This document shows, piece after piece, positions 1 to 8,302 of a stretch of DNA of 53,645 nt. How positions within the stretch are numbered: position 1 is the stretch's first letter; every line of letters starts with the position of its first letter. This DNA comes from a virus. Lineage: Duplodnaviria; Caudoviricetes. A model generated the notes under the pieces. It did no database searches. It saw only the letters and a program-made list of their open reading frames with translations, and was not told the DNA's origin. The position numbers and the translations under genes were made by a program. Location of the stretch: the IMG/VR virus record IMGVR_UViG_3300025875_000034, positions 1 through 53,645 of that record; one strand, 5' to 3'.

Positions 1-127
1 ACGTACAAAAGCTTTTTAACGCCTAAGTCTCGCAGCATCTTATCAACGTAGCTCTTGGCTTTATTTCTTGCGTTTTCAATATCAAAACCAAGATTTTTGT
101 TGTAGCTGAAAGCGGTAATCAATCCGC
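1..127. repeat. Terminal direct repeat, left copy (assembly circularisation overlap)
   Basis: 1-127 is identical to 53519-53645 and lies inside a gene. Confidence 0.95.
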
Positions 128-248
128 CTGCGTTCATGTTAGCCCGAACCTGCATCATTGCCGTTCCGTTGCCGACTGTTTCAACTCTTTTGATTAAATA
201 CCCTTTATAAAGGGACGGTTCAAATTCGACTATTTCAACAGATTTCAT
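1..248 (-). CDS. 5' part of 137-aa hypothetical protein spanning the circular junction (continues 53518 to 53353)
   Basis: AAAAGCCGCAAGC-ATG at 248; MKSVEIVEFEPSLYKGYLIKR...GGLITAFSYNKNLG runs in frame into the 53353..53640 ORF. Confidence 0.85.
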   Translation of the reverse strand, partial: MKSVEIVEFEPSLYKGYLIKRVETVGNGTAMMQVRANMNAGGLITAFSYNKNLGFDIENARNKAKSYVDKMLRDLGVKKLLY

Positions 249-298
249 GCTTGCGGCTTTTCTGTTTGCAACTAGGTAAATATACGCATTTTTAAGCA

Positions 299-333
299 GA
301 AAACCTTGTTCACAGACTGCAAACAAGGTTTTC
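299..333. terminator. Stem-loop, possible terminator
   Basis: GAAAACCTTGTT-N11-AACAAGGTTTTC, intergenic downstream of 385..612. Confidence 0.5.
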
Positions 334-384
334 ACTTTCGGACCTTTGAATATTTTATTATTGATTTATTCAAAGACGTTTGAT

Positions 385-612
385 TTATTCTGATAGATTT
401 ATTCCAAGGTTTTTATCCTTTTCTTCATCTATCCTGCATTGGCAAAGCCCGTCATAGGCAGTAACCAAGCAGTTCCCGTCAGTTATACACGTATAGGGGC
501 AAGGTTGCCTTCCTTCGCGGTTCATTGGCTGTTCTAACAGGAAGTTTTGACAGCAATTGATGCCAAGCGCCACAACGGGGCAAAGCTTGTCGTTTTCGTG
601 CGGGCAATTCAT
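385..612 (-). CDS. Cys-rich hypothetical protein (75 aa)
   Basis: ORF with start motif AAAGCCGCAAGCATG; many Cys residues. Confidence 0.7.
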   Translation of the reverse strand: MNCPHENDKLCPVVALGINCCQNFLLEQPMNREGRQPCPYTCITDGNCLVTAYDGLCQCRIDEEKDKNLGINLSE

Positions 613-622
613 GCTTGCGGCT

Positions 623-1078
623 TTAATTAACTATTGTACGGTAAAGCTCGACAAGCTTTGCAAACTCCTTTTCAAAGTGCTGTTCATTCAGGAACCAAAT
701 AGAACGGTCAATTCTGGTTTTTCCGACAAACTGAACAAGGAAGTAGAACCGGCAAGTCTTGCGGTTTATCGAAACAAAGTATTGCGAATGAATCCCAACA
801 TGAAGCAAGTAATGTTCTTGCGCATCAATACCAATCGGAACATCTGCAACCGGCATCAAGCCCCAATTCAATAATTCCTCAACTTCCGGAACGTATGCTT
901 TGGGGCTTTCCGGGTGTTGTTGATACTCATTTTGGAAGTTGCGAATTCGCGGGAAATCGTTTTGCAGCGCCTTACTTGCTGCGCCCAACTCTCGCAGGCT
1001 CCGCACCATTTCTTTGCGGTTCTCGCCTTGAAACCATTCCTGCGGCCCGTTTATGATTGGCGTGTTGTCATCACTCAT
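623..1078 (-). CDS. Hypothetical protein (151 aa, start re-called to MSDDNTP)
   Basis: ATG overlaps stop region of upstream gene; removes long overlap. Confidence 0.7.
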   Translation of the reverse strand: MSDDNTPIINGPQEWFQGENRKEMVRSLRELGAASKALQNDFPRIRNFQNEYQQHPESPKAYVPEVEELLNWGLMPVADVPIGIDAQEHYLLHVGIHSQYFVSINRKTCRFYFLVQFVGKTRIDRSIWFLNEQHFEKEFAKLVELYRTIVN

Positions 1079-1292
1079 AAACAAACCCTTCCATTGCCTT
1101 GCGCAAGTGCAAAACAATCTTGTTCGCATCTTCCTGCGAGTAGTGAACAGAGAACAATGAAACCTGAATTTCAAGATTGCCTTTCGGCGCTTCAACACCT
1201 ACTGTTGCAACCTTTTTCAGCTTCACTTTTGGCGGTTCATTCCGCATCTGCTTGCGGATTGACTTAATCTGCTTTCCGGTTTCGTCTTTCAT
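1071..1292 (-). CDS. Hypothetical protein (73 aa, MKDETGKQ)
   Basis: AAAGCCGCA-ATG start motif. Confidence 0.75.
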   Translation of the reverse strand: MKDETGKQIKSIRKQMRNEPPKVKLKKVATVGVEAPKGNLEIQVSLFSVHYSQEDANKIVLHLRKAMEGFVYE

Positions 1293-1299
1293 TGCGGCT

Positions 1300-1479
1300 T
1301 TATTTTTGGGGAATCGTTTTAAGATGCGCGGTTGCAATCCGCAATTTCTCTTGCGCCGTTTTTACGGCTTTCGTCAGGCGAACAACAATCTGAACTTGCT
1401 TGTCAAACTCTGACACTGCTTTTTTCTTCGTTTTCTTGCCCGCTGCGCTACTCTTTGCGGCTGTTGCTGTCTTTGCCAT
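1300..1479 (-). CDS. Small basic protein (59 aa, MAKTATAAKSSAAGKKTKKKA...), not in ORF track
   Basis: Translated by hand; fills the gap, TAA abuts next start motif. Confidence 0.7.
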   Translation of the reverse strand: MAKTATAAKSSAAGKKTKKKAVSEFDKQVQIVVRLTKAVKTAQEKLRIATAHLKTIPQK

Positions 1480-1540
1480 TGTGAAGGGATTTGCGGCGCT
1501 CCTGTGCGCGAAGGATTAGAAAAATAATGAGTCCCATTGT

Positions 1541-1723
1541 TTACGGAAGTTCGGGTTTGATGATTGGATTAAAGAGCCGCCAAGTACGCATACTTTTTAT
1601 ATTAAACAACCTGTATGCACCTAGTTTCTTCTCATATACTGCACTGTTGAAGAAACAGTTATACAAATTCATATACATGAACTTGTTTGTCTCAAGGCTT
1701 TCTGCATCATCAATTGAAAACAT
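1541..1723 (-). CDS. Hypothetical protein (60 aa)
   Basis: AAACCGCA-ATG start motif. Confidence 0.6.
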   Translation of the reverse strand: MFSIDDAESLETNKFMYMNLYNCFFNSAVYEKKLGAYRLFNIKSMRTWRLFNPIIKPELP

Positions 1724-2333
1724 TGCGGTTTACAACATCAAGGTTGAAATGAAAGTTTTTCATCATAGCTGCAACACTTGCAGCCGACTTGCCAGCCATC
1801 AACAAGGCTTCACCATACCTTTCAATTGCGCTATATTTTGGCTTGCTCTGTATTCGCAATTCCCGTTCCCGGATGCGCAGCCGGGCTTTCGCACCTTCAA
1901 CTGACAAGCCAATCTTGCGGGTTGCATTTGCGGCCCCGTTGTTGACAACCTGCTTGACTTCTGACATTGCCTTTTTCGTCATCAAGTCGAGCCAATCTGA
2001 ATCGGGCCAACCGTCATACACTATGCCGAAAGCCTTTTCGAGTTGCGCGGCTGTCATTTCAGCAATCAGAGTTGCAACGGCTGCAACCTGCACTGATTCT
2101 TGTTCTAATTCAATCAGGCGCTTTTTGAATTCGCCCCGATTTTCTGCGCGGTTTAGCTCAAGTATTGCTTTCGCAACTTCGCCGGTTTCCTCTGACAGCA
2201 CAGTTGATAGAACAAAGAAGTCGTTTTCATTGCCCCAATTCCTTTCTATGCGCAGGCGCTCTTGACGAATTCGCTCTTGCTTGACAAATGCAAGCGCATC
2301 ATCAATTCTTTGTAGTTGTGTTGGCTTTTTCAT
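1710..2333 (-). CDS. MazG-like NTP pyrophosphohydrolase domain protein with C-terminal extension (207 aa)
   Basis: VLSEETGEVAKAIL...LEQESVQVAAVA resembles the all-alpha NTP-PPase ExxE motifs; start AAAGCCGCAAG-ATG. Confidence 0.7.
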   Translation of the reverse strand: MKKPTQLQRIDDALAFVKQERIRQERLRIERNWGNENDFFVLSTVLSEETGEVAKAILELNRAENRGEFKKRLIELEQESVQVAAVATLIAEMTAAQLEKAFGIVYDGWPDSDWLDLMTKKAMSEVKQVVNNGAANATRKIGLSVEGAKARLRIRERELRIQSKPKYSAIERYGEALLMAGKSAASVAAMMKNFHFNLDVVNRNVFN

Positions 2334-2565
2334 CTTGCGGCTTTCTTCTGGCAATTATGAAGTCAATAATTATGTCCGGGCTTTCAACTTGGTTCAGCTT
2401 GTGCAATGCTTTTGAAATCTTTCTAAGAGCTTTTTGAACTTTGTTTGATTCAAGAATTCCTAGCCTGTTTCTGAAAGCAACCTGCGCTTCCGAATTGAAA
2501 GCCATTGATGCAGTAAACATCAAAGCCGCCTGCATTGCTTCTTCATCTGTTAGCTTGATTTTCAT
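2302..2565 (-). CDS. Hypothetical protein (87 aa)
   Basis: ORF with TAAGCCGCA-ATG. Confidence 0.75.
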   Translation of the reverse strand: MKIKLTDEEAMQAALMFTASMAFNSEAQVAFRNRLGILESNKVQKALRKISKALHKLNQVESPDIIIDFIIARRKPQDEKANTTTKN

Positions 2566-2571
2566 TGCGGC

Positions 2572-2805
2572 TTATTTCAGTTCTCGAATTGCTTTGTCTA
2601 ATTCGGCCCGGCTTTTTTGAAGCCTTACCCATTGCTCTGCGGCTTCCTTTTCACGCCTGCAATCCCTTAATTCCTCTTGAAAATACCAAGCTTGATGTTT
2701 ATACAAAGTATAGTCATCAATATGCTGTCTTATTGCGCCCACTATTAGCGCAATGATGATTCCCGCAATAAAGCAGAGAGCCTTTTGTTTCGTTTCATTT
2801 TTCAT
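2572..2805 (-). CDS. Membrane-anchored coiled-coil protein (77 aa, MKNETKQ)
   Basis: N-terminal hydrophobic helix; start motif. Confidence 0.75.
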   Translation of the reverse strand: MKNETKQKALCFIAGIIIALIVGAIRQHIDDYTLYKHQAWYFQEELRDCRREKEAAEQWVRLQKSRAELDKAIRELK

Positions 2806-2936
2806 TGCGGCTTTTGTGTCAGATGAATTGTAATAAGAAAACAGGGAACCGGGCAAATGTAAATCTTGCTTTTCTTGGCATCAATGAACGCCCCAATCCA
2901 TAAGTCATACCAAGCAAATGAGAAGCTGACTTTCAT
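2802..2936 (-). CDS. Small hydrophobic protein (44 aa, MKVSFSFAWYDLWIGAF...), not in ORF track
   Basis: ATGA overlaps at both ends; translated by hand. Confidence 0.65.
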   Translation of the reverse strand: MKVSFSFAWYDLWIGAFIDAKKSKIYICPVPCFLITIHLTQKPQ

Positions 2937-3373
2937 TTGTACTTGCGGCGTGAACTCATAAAACCTTTGAACGGAACCGGCTTTTCTTTGGGCTGTTGCG
3001 GAGCCTTCATTGCAAGCAACGGCGCAGGGTCAAACACTGCTTGAGACTCGTTGATTATGCGTTTCAACCGTTCATCAAAGCGCTCCCAAAACGCCCGGAA
3101 TTCGCCGCCAACCTCAATACTGCATTCAACTTCAACCGTACCTCCTAAATACGGGCCGTGCGGCATTGGCTCGATTTCAGGCGCGAAAGGAATTGAACAT
3201 TGTGCAATTTCTTCTCGCAAGCTGTCTGCGTGTTCATCAAGCTTGCGAATGCAGTAATCATCTGCAAGCTTGTCAAGAATTTTCACGCCTGCCTGCAACA
3301 ACCTCTCTGTAACAAAGAAGCCCGAACCCGGACCAAGAATGAGAATGATTTGCTTTTTCTGTTCCTCTTTCAT
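2933..3373 (-). CDS. Hypothetical protein (146 aa, MKEEQKK)
   Basis: AAAGCCGCAAACTGAA-ATG start. Confidence 0.7.
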   Translation of the reverse strand: MKEEQKKQIILILGPGSGFFVTERLLQAGVKILDKLADDYCIRKLDEHADSLREEIAQCSIPFAPEIEPMPHGPYLGGTVEVECSIEVGGEFRAFWERFDERLKRIINESQAVFDPAPLLAMKAPQQPKEKPVPFKGFMSSRRKYK

Positions 3374-3405
3374 TTCAGTTTGCGGCTTTAAATGATAATG
3401 TCGTT

Positions 3406-3771
3406 TTATGCCTGTTTTCTTGCCGCTGTTGGCATCTTCCAACCATAACGGACAAGTACGGCTTCAAATAGCTGAAACGTTGTCACAGAGGTTCGCAGCG
3501 GTGCAACCGGGCCGTATTGTTCGGGTGAAGCATTCAGCCAAGGTTTCGAGTGAATAACGAATATTTCCCCGTATTTGGGCAAGAGCGAAACTGTTATATG
3601 CCAACGTTCCTCCTTTGTTGGCCCGTCATGCAACCAACTCCAAACGTTTATACCTTTCAGCCTGAAACCCGCTGATTCCATCTGTTGCGGCGTAGGATGC
3701 CAAAAGGAAGCAACAGCGGGCGCATTTGCCGCTGTTGCCGTTGTTGAGCCTTTCCCTTTTGACGTTGCCAT
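3406..3771 (-). CDS. Hypothetical protein (121 aa)
   Basis: ORF tiling, TAAAGCA-ATG. Confidence 0.75.
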   Translation of the reverse strand: MATSKGKGSTTATAANAPAVASFWHPTPQQMESAGFRLKGINVWSWLHDGPTKEERWHITVSLLPKYGEIFVIHSKPWLNASPEQYGPVAPLRTSVTTFQLFEAVLVRYGWKMPTAARKQA

Positions 3772-3779
3772 TGCTTTAT

Positions 3780-5057
3780 TTAAACCGGCTCAACAAGCCT
3801 GCAAGCGTTCATTGCCCGCTGCATTATGGTGAACGATTCGTTGTAGTTGATTTTCACAAAGTATGCCTTGCAAAGCCGGAATACTTCAAACGCAGGCTTT
3901 GCCGACATATTTTCAGTGCTCATTACTGCATCTTGTTTCAGGTATTCGAGTGCGGCTGCAAGTTCGCTGTTTTCTTCCTGCACAAGAACCCATTTCGCAG
4001 AGTTGATTGCAACCGTTTTCAATTCTGCGTTGGTATAGATTGCAGTGAATTCGCTTGCGGAGAAATCAACGTTGCGGCCTTCAATCAGGAGTGAAACGCC
4101 GCCGTTGCTAAAGTTTTGGTCAATATCGAATTTTTGGCCGTTGTAGCGGGAATATGCTGATTCCGGATGAACGTTCACAATTGCTTGCATCTTCTTTGTA
4201 GGCGCAGGCTTTGCCATTGATTCAAGCTGCGCAGCCAAAGGAGCAACAACCGCAACATCTTCCGCAGTCACTACAACGGGCGGGAAATCCGGCAACCAAT
4301 CGGCTTTGTAATACAAGGCGGCGTTTCCCTTGCCTTCCGTTTTGCCTTTCTCCAAATAGCCAAGCCGAACAAGCTTTTCGCAAGACTCGATTGCGGTTGA
4401 ACTCATAACGTGCGAAGATATGCCAGCAACAGACGCAACAACATCTTCATAAACTTCAATCATTTCAGCCGTAGGCGCGTTTGCTGCGTCATAAGCCGCT
4501 GCAAGAATATCAATGTAAGAGTCAATGAAAACCATCTTGTGCAGCCGTGCGCCGCCAAACGGGCCGTTGTAAGTCACTGTCTTTTCACCTACTGCGGAAA
4601 TTGTCAGAGTGCGGCCCGTATTGTCAACAAACGAGAACCCGCGAACCGTCATCTTCTCTGCCTTTTCATATTTGTTCTTTGGCGCTTCAACCTCTGCAAC
4701 CAAAGTTGACAAGAGCAACTGCGCTTCATTGTCATCAATGAACAAATTCTTTTTGATGCGAACCGTAAAGCCGCCCAATTCAGGGAACATTGCGTTTTTC
4801 AAAAGGCGCTTCACAGTTACCGTCTTTGGGCCAACAGAAACAACCGTATCTGTGCAATCTTCCCAAACTTCATAACCCTTTTTTACTTGATGCTGACTTG
4901 TGAATTGCATTCCGGGCTTGATGCTTTCTGCGGCAACGTTGCGGCGTTCTGCGCCCGTCAGGCTGTCAAACTTACGCATTGGAGAATTTACGTATTCGGC
5001 GTAAGCACTAGGATTGCGCTGTTTCAGTGTTTCGAGTTGTGCGGCTGACATTGACAT
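3780..5057 (-). CDS. Multidomain hypothetical protein (425 aa) with repeated beta-barrel-like segments and a possible winged helix
   Basis: TVVSVGPKTVTV and TISAVGEKTVTY repeats; ESCEKLVRLGYLEK; first gene behind a conserved promoter. Confidence 0.75.
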   Translation of the reverse strand: MSMSAAQLETLKQRNPSAYAEYVNSPMRKFDSLTGAERRNVAAESIKPGMQFTSQHQVKKGYEVWEDCTDTVVSVGPKTVTVKRLLKNAMFPELGGFTVRIKKNLFIDDNEAQLLLSTLVAEVEAPKNKYEKAEKMTVRGFSFVDNTGRTLTISAVGEKTVTYNGPFGGARLHKMVFIDSYIDILAAAYDAANAPTAEMIEVYEDVVASVAGISSHVMSSTAIESCEKLVRLGYLEKGKTEGKGNAALYYKADWLPDFPPVVVTAEDVAVVAPLAAQLESMAKPAPTKKMQAIVNVHPESAYSRYNGQKFDIDQNFSNGGVSLLIEGRNVDFSASEFTAIYTNAELKTVAINSAKWVLVQEENSELAAALEYLKQDAVMSTENMSAKPAFEVFRLCKAYFVKINYNESFTIMQRAMNACRLVEPV

Positions 5058-5086
5058 AGCTTGCGGCTTTTCGTTTTTGGTATACC

Positions 5087-5140
5087 CAAAGGTAGGTAAA
5101 AAATAATACGCAAGTCAAGCTTTCCTGAAATTATTTTTCA
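5087..5140 (-). promoter_or_regulatory. Conserved phage promoter cassette (palindrome + TTG-N21-TACCTTTG)
   Basis: Minus strand TGAAAAATAATTTCA-GGAAAGC-TTGACTTGCG...TACCTTTG matches Bacteroidota -33/-7 consensus; near copy at 42336-42389. Confidence 0.8.
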
Positions 5141-5386
5141 AGGCAATCTTTTCAGCCAATTCAAACCGCCTCGCAAGAGTCGCATTGATGCGAAGTCGGC
5201 AACAGTCTTTTGCGGAGTGGTTAGAATGCCGCAATAGGTTGCGAACGTATGAACAAAGCTGTCTGCCTTGTTGGCCTTCACCCGCTGCAAGTACCGCTTG
5301 TTCAACTCGACTTCAACAAGATTCTTGCGCAGTTGGCGCAGTTCGTGTTTTGACAGCCAATGACAGTATTGTTTTTTCTTTTGCAT
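5138..5386 (-). CDS. Hypothetical protein (82 aa)
   Basis: Start motif AAAAGCCGCA-ATG. Confidence 0.7.
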   Translation of the reverse strand: MQKKKQYCHWLSKHELRQLRKNLVEVELNKRYLQRVKANKADSFVHTFATYCGILTTPQKTVADFASMRLLRGGLNWLKRLP

Positions 5387-5394
5387 TGCGGCTT

Positions 5395-5910
5395 TTAATA
5401 CGGGGCTTTGGGAAAATTCGGGCTTTCACCGCTTACTGCATAGTAAAAGACTGACTTGCCTTCATCTGCTTTTGCTTCATCTTCGCTTGCGTATTGACCT
5501 AACCTGCGGCGCTCTGCAAGCTCCCAATCATACGCCTTCCGCTTGGCTCTGCGTTCGTTTTCCTTGCGAACGTTGTCTGAATTTTCCAGCGGTTGAAGGT
5601 TGTCTATAACATACCCTTTTTCGTTTTCCTTGCGGTCAATGTGAAGGCTTGTTGCGTACCTTCCGCGCTTGTCGAGCAAATCAACGGGCCGCGCAAATTC
5701 CTTGAATTGCTCAAGCGTAATTTCAAATTTATATTCATGCTTGCGGCTTTCGGGCGCTTTCGCCTGCCTTGCGGCAACACTGTTGCGCCACTGACGAAAG
5801 GCGGTTTCATACGGGCGAACCTGCTTTTCGTGCCTGTAATCACAAGAAGAACACCGCACCTTGCGCGGCGCGGCGTTCTTTTCGCAATCCTTACACTTTT
5901 TCGCCTGCAT
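5395..5910 (-). CDS. HNH-like (His-Me finger) endonuclease with N-terminal Zn finger (171 aa)
   Basis: CKDC...CSSC; FEITLEQF; SLHIDRKENEKGYVIDNLQPL...N. Confidence 0.65.
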   Translation of the reverse strand: MQAKKCKDCEKNAAPRKVRCSSCDYRHEKQVRPYETAFRQWRNSVAARQAKAPESRKHEYKFEITLEQFKEFARPVDLLDKRGRYATSLHIDRKENEKGYVIDNLQPLENSDNVRKENERRAKRKAYDWELAERRRLGQYASEDEAKADEGKSVFYYAVSGESPNFPKAPY

Positions 5911-6587
5911 TAATCTTGCGGCAACCCGTCCTTTGGAAGCGTCAATTCATAACCTTCCGCAGCAACTCGCAGCTTTACAAAGTCAGCAAGTGTTGCAACG
6001 TCACTCGTTTTCCAAAATAGCCAATCCAAGCCCGAAAGCGTAGCAACGTAAGATTCAATTGGATTCAAGAACGGCTTCCGGTCATCATTCGAGAAACCAA
6101 GAGCGCAGGCGCTCAATTGGGCGCATTCCTCCTGAACAGAGTGCAGCTTGTCTTTGCCGTACAAACGGCGCATCTTCTCGCAAGATGCTTCAATGTTTTC
6201 GCCAAAGCCAATCAAACCCTGAAATTCAGGAACGCCCGCCTGAAACACGAACTGCAACCCGATATTCTGAAAAATAGACATTGCCGCAGTTGCAACGGCA
6301 TCTTCATAAGTCCCTTCAACAGAAGCCCGGAAGGTTTGCAGAAACAGTTGGTTTGCCTCTGCATCTTCACCTTTGGTCAAAGCTAAATCAAGTAATGACT
6401 TGACGGTTGCTTTGTCATTCTTGCGGCTGTTCTGTTGCCACGTCTGCGAAATTCCAAACAGGAAATGCAGAGTACGCAGGCGCAACGATGAATCAGCTTG
6501 CGGCTTGTTATTGTCTTTGTGCGTCTGCTTTTCCGGCAACAGTCGAGTTGCGGAAGTAATTAGAGACATTGCGGTTTCCTTTTTCAT
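5910..6587 (-). CDS. Hypothetical protein (225 aa)
   Basis: ORF with TAAGCCGCA-ATG. Confidence 0.75.
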   Translation of the reverse strand: MKKETAMSLITSATRLLPEKQTHKDNNKPQADSSLRLRTLHFLFGISQTWQQNSRKNDKATVKSLLDLALTKGEDAEANQLFLQTFRASVEGTYEDAVATAAMSIFQNIGLQFVFQAGVPEFQGLIGFGENIEASCEKMRRLYGKDKLHSVQEECAQLSACALGFSNDDRKPFLNPIESYVATLSGLDWLFWKTSDVATLADFVKLRVAAEGYELTLPKDGLPQD

Positions 6588-6593
6588 TGCGGC

Positions 6594-7049
6594 TTAATAA
6601 TTAAACGGGTTTGACAAATCCTGCGGCTTTTCGCCAAAGATACACACAGGAGCAAGCGGGCTGTTGTTGTGTGAAACCGCAAGCCAAACTTGCCCGAATT
6701 CGCTTGCATATCTAACTTCTGTTTCAGTCAGCTTTCTACGGAAAATAGAATGCCGATAATCAGAATAAATATACAAGCAGGCACTTTCGGAATCCGAACT
6801 AAAATCTGTATTGCTGTTGAGCTTTTCAGCAAAGATGCGCGGAACCGCAAGCACTGCATGACAATGAAGAACAACAAGCCAAACTTCACCTTTCTCGACA
6901 ACAGCCGCCAATTCTTGCGGGTTGAAGTCCCAAAGGGAAATTGCGTGTTTGTCATCAATGTAAACCGGCAAAGTCCCAACTCTGCCTTCATCACCTTTTG
7001 CGGGTTTCAAATAGGTGTTTGCTTCCGGGAAATCAGACCAACTTGCCAT
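6594..7049 (-). CDS. Hypothetical protein with internal domain duplication (151 aa)
   Basis: LPVYIDDKHAISLWDFNPQEL...GEVWLVV vs LYIYSDYRHSIFRRKLTETEV...GQVWLAV. Confidence 0.75.
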   Translation of the reverse strand: MASWSDFPEANTYLKPAKGDEGRVGTLPVYIDDKHAISLWDFNPQELAAVVEKGEVWLVVLHCHAVLAVPRIFAEKLNSNTDFSSDSESACLYIYSDYRHSIFRRKLTETEVRYASEFGQVWLAVSHNNSPLAPVCIFGEKPQDLSNPFNY

Positions 7050-7052
7050 TGC

Positions 7053-7820
7053 TTAGAATTTTTTGCCGCCGTGCAACACGCCGCGCAAGCTGTTATTATG
7101 AATAGTCAGTTCAATGATTGATTCAATATCAATGTTCATGCGCTCTGCAATAAGCAGCGCGAATGCTGCGCCGTAAATCAACGAATGAAAGAAATCAAGC
7201 GGGTTCATATACGTTCCCGTTTCGGCCCCATCTTCGCGGCGCTGGCTGCGCTGCACAAATCCCAACGCAAGCAATTGACCGTAGTTGATTCGATTAAAAA
7301 TCAAGTCTCCTGACTTTTCTTGCGGCAACGTGAAATCTTCAAGCCCGTCCGGAAGATGCCGTTCAATATGCGCCTTGATTTTCAACATTCGCTCCGCAAT
7401 GGCTTTTGCGCTCCAAGCATCATTTGCTTGCCCGGTTTCCCGAATGCCTATGAACATACCTGCAAGAGAGTCAAAGCAGCGAATCAGCACGTCAGCAAGT
7501 TCGCATTCAACCGTATCTTTCACGGCTGTTCTGAACAAGTCTCGCCAAGCGTCAGGCGTTGATGAATTCGTTGTTGCTAGGTCTTGCAGCCATTTCAGAG
7601 CATCAGAAACAGCGCGGGCGGAATCTTCTGCTTCTGTGTAGCCCGTCCGAATGACAAGCGTTTGATTGTTCCTGAAAGCTTCCATCATTTCAGTCCATTC
7701 AGACGAAATCAGAGCCTTAATCATTGGAATGCTGCGGTTCACGCCTTCCGACCAAAACCCGTTGGCTTTGTTTACTTGATAAGCTGAAACCATAAGTTCA
7801 GCAATTGCGGCTTTTTTCAT
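7053..7820 (-). CDS. MazG-like NTP pyrophosphohydrolase (255 aa, MKKAAIAE)
   Basis: NKANGFW...ALISSEWTEMMEAFR...ECELADVLIRCFD...NNSLRGVLHGGKKF typical of phage MazG-like family. Confidence 0.8.
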   Translation of the reverse strand: MKKAAIAELMVSAYQVNKANGFWSEGVNRSIPMIKALISSEWTEMMEAFRNNQTLVIRTGYTEAEDSARAVSDALKWLQDLATTNSSTPDAWRDLFRTAVKDTVECELADVLIRCFDSLAGMFIGIRETGQANDAWSAKAIAERMLKIKAHIERHLPDGLEDFTLPQEKSGDLIFNRINYGQLLALGFVQRSQRREDGAETGTYMNPLDFFHSLIYGAAFALLIAERMNIDIESIIELTIHNNSLRGVLHGGKKF

Positions 7821-7821
7821 T

Positions 7822-8151
7822 TTACTGTTTTTGTTGGTGAATGTGTTTGATTGAATTGAGGTAAGCAGAGTATGATGAAAAGGCAAGTAGTTCAGGCATT
7901 GATGCCTTGATTATGTCTGTGATTTCCTCGATTAAAACGTTGAAATCCGCAGTGTCATACGTTTCGAGTTGGCGCAGGTACTCAAAAAGGATTTCGCAAG
8001 TTGTGGTGTTGGTCTCTCGCAAAAACTTGATTTCAGCTTGCAGTGCGCAAAGTGTCATTGCGTCTTGAAGAATTGCAATAGACATTTCCCGATTGAAATT
8101 CTGTAAGTCGCTGATTTTCTGCAACAACTCTTTTTCCCGTTCGTCAGTCAT
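7822..8151 (-). CDS. Coiled-coil hypothetical protein (about 109 aa; alternative GTG start at 8253)
   Basis: ORF tiling; start uncertain. Confidence 0.6.
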   Translation of the reverse strand: MTDEREKELLQKISDLQNFNREMSIAILQDAMTLCALQAEIKFLRETNTTTCEILFEYLRQLETYDTADFNVLIEEITDIIKASMPELLAFSSYSAYLNSIKHIHQQKQ

Positions 8152-8263
8152 TGTCGTTTTGTCTTTTACTTGCGTATATTTGCCCGTTGCCGAATCGTAT
8201 TTGCGTTGCGGCTTTTTATGATTCGGCCAAACTTGCGGTTTTAGGCTTTTCACCGCAAGTTCA

Positions 8264-8297
8264 TTCGGGCGCTCCCTTCATAGGTTGAGCGCCCGAA
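8264..8297. terminator. GC-rich stem-loop after 8303..8587
   Basis: TTCGGGCGCTC-N12-GAGCGCCCGAA; second hairpin AACTTGCGGT/ACCGCAAGTT adjacent at 8230-8261. Confidence 0.5.
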
Positions 8298-8302
8298 CTG
8301 TT

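Noticed and set aside
1-127. Biological direct terminal repeat
   Set aside because: Lies mid-gene and equals a common assembler k-mer length; more likely a circularisation overlap
1448-1537. 29-aa minus-strand ORF (MGLIIFLILRAQERR...)
   Set aside because: Very short, lacks the start motif and overlaps the next gene; cannot be supported
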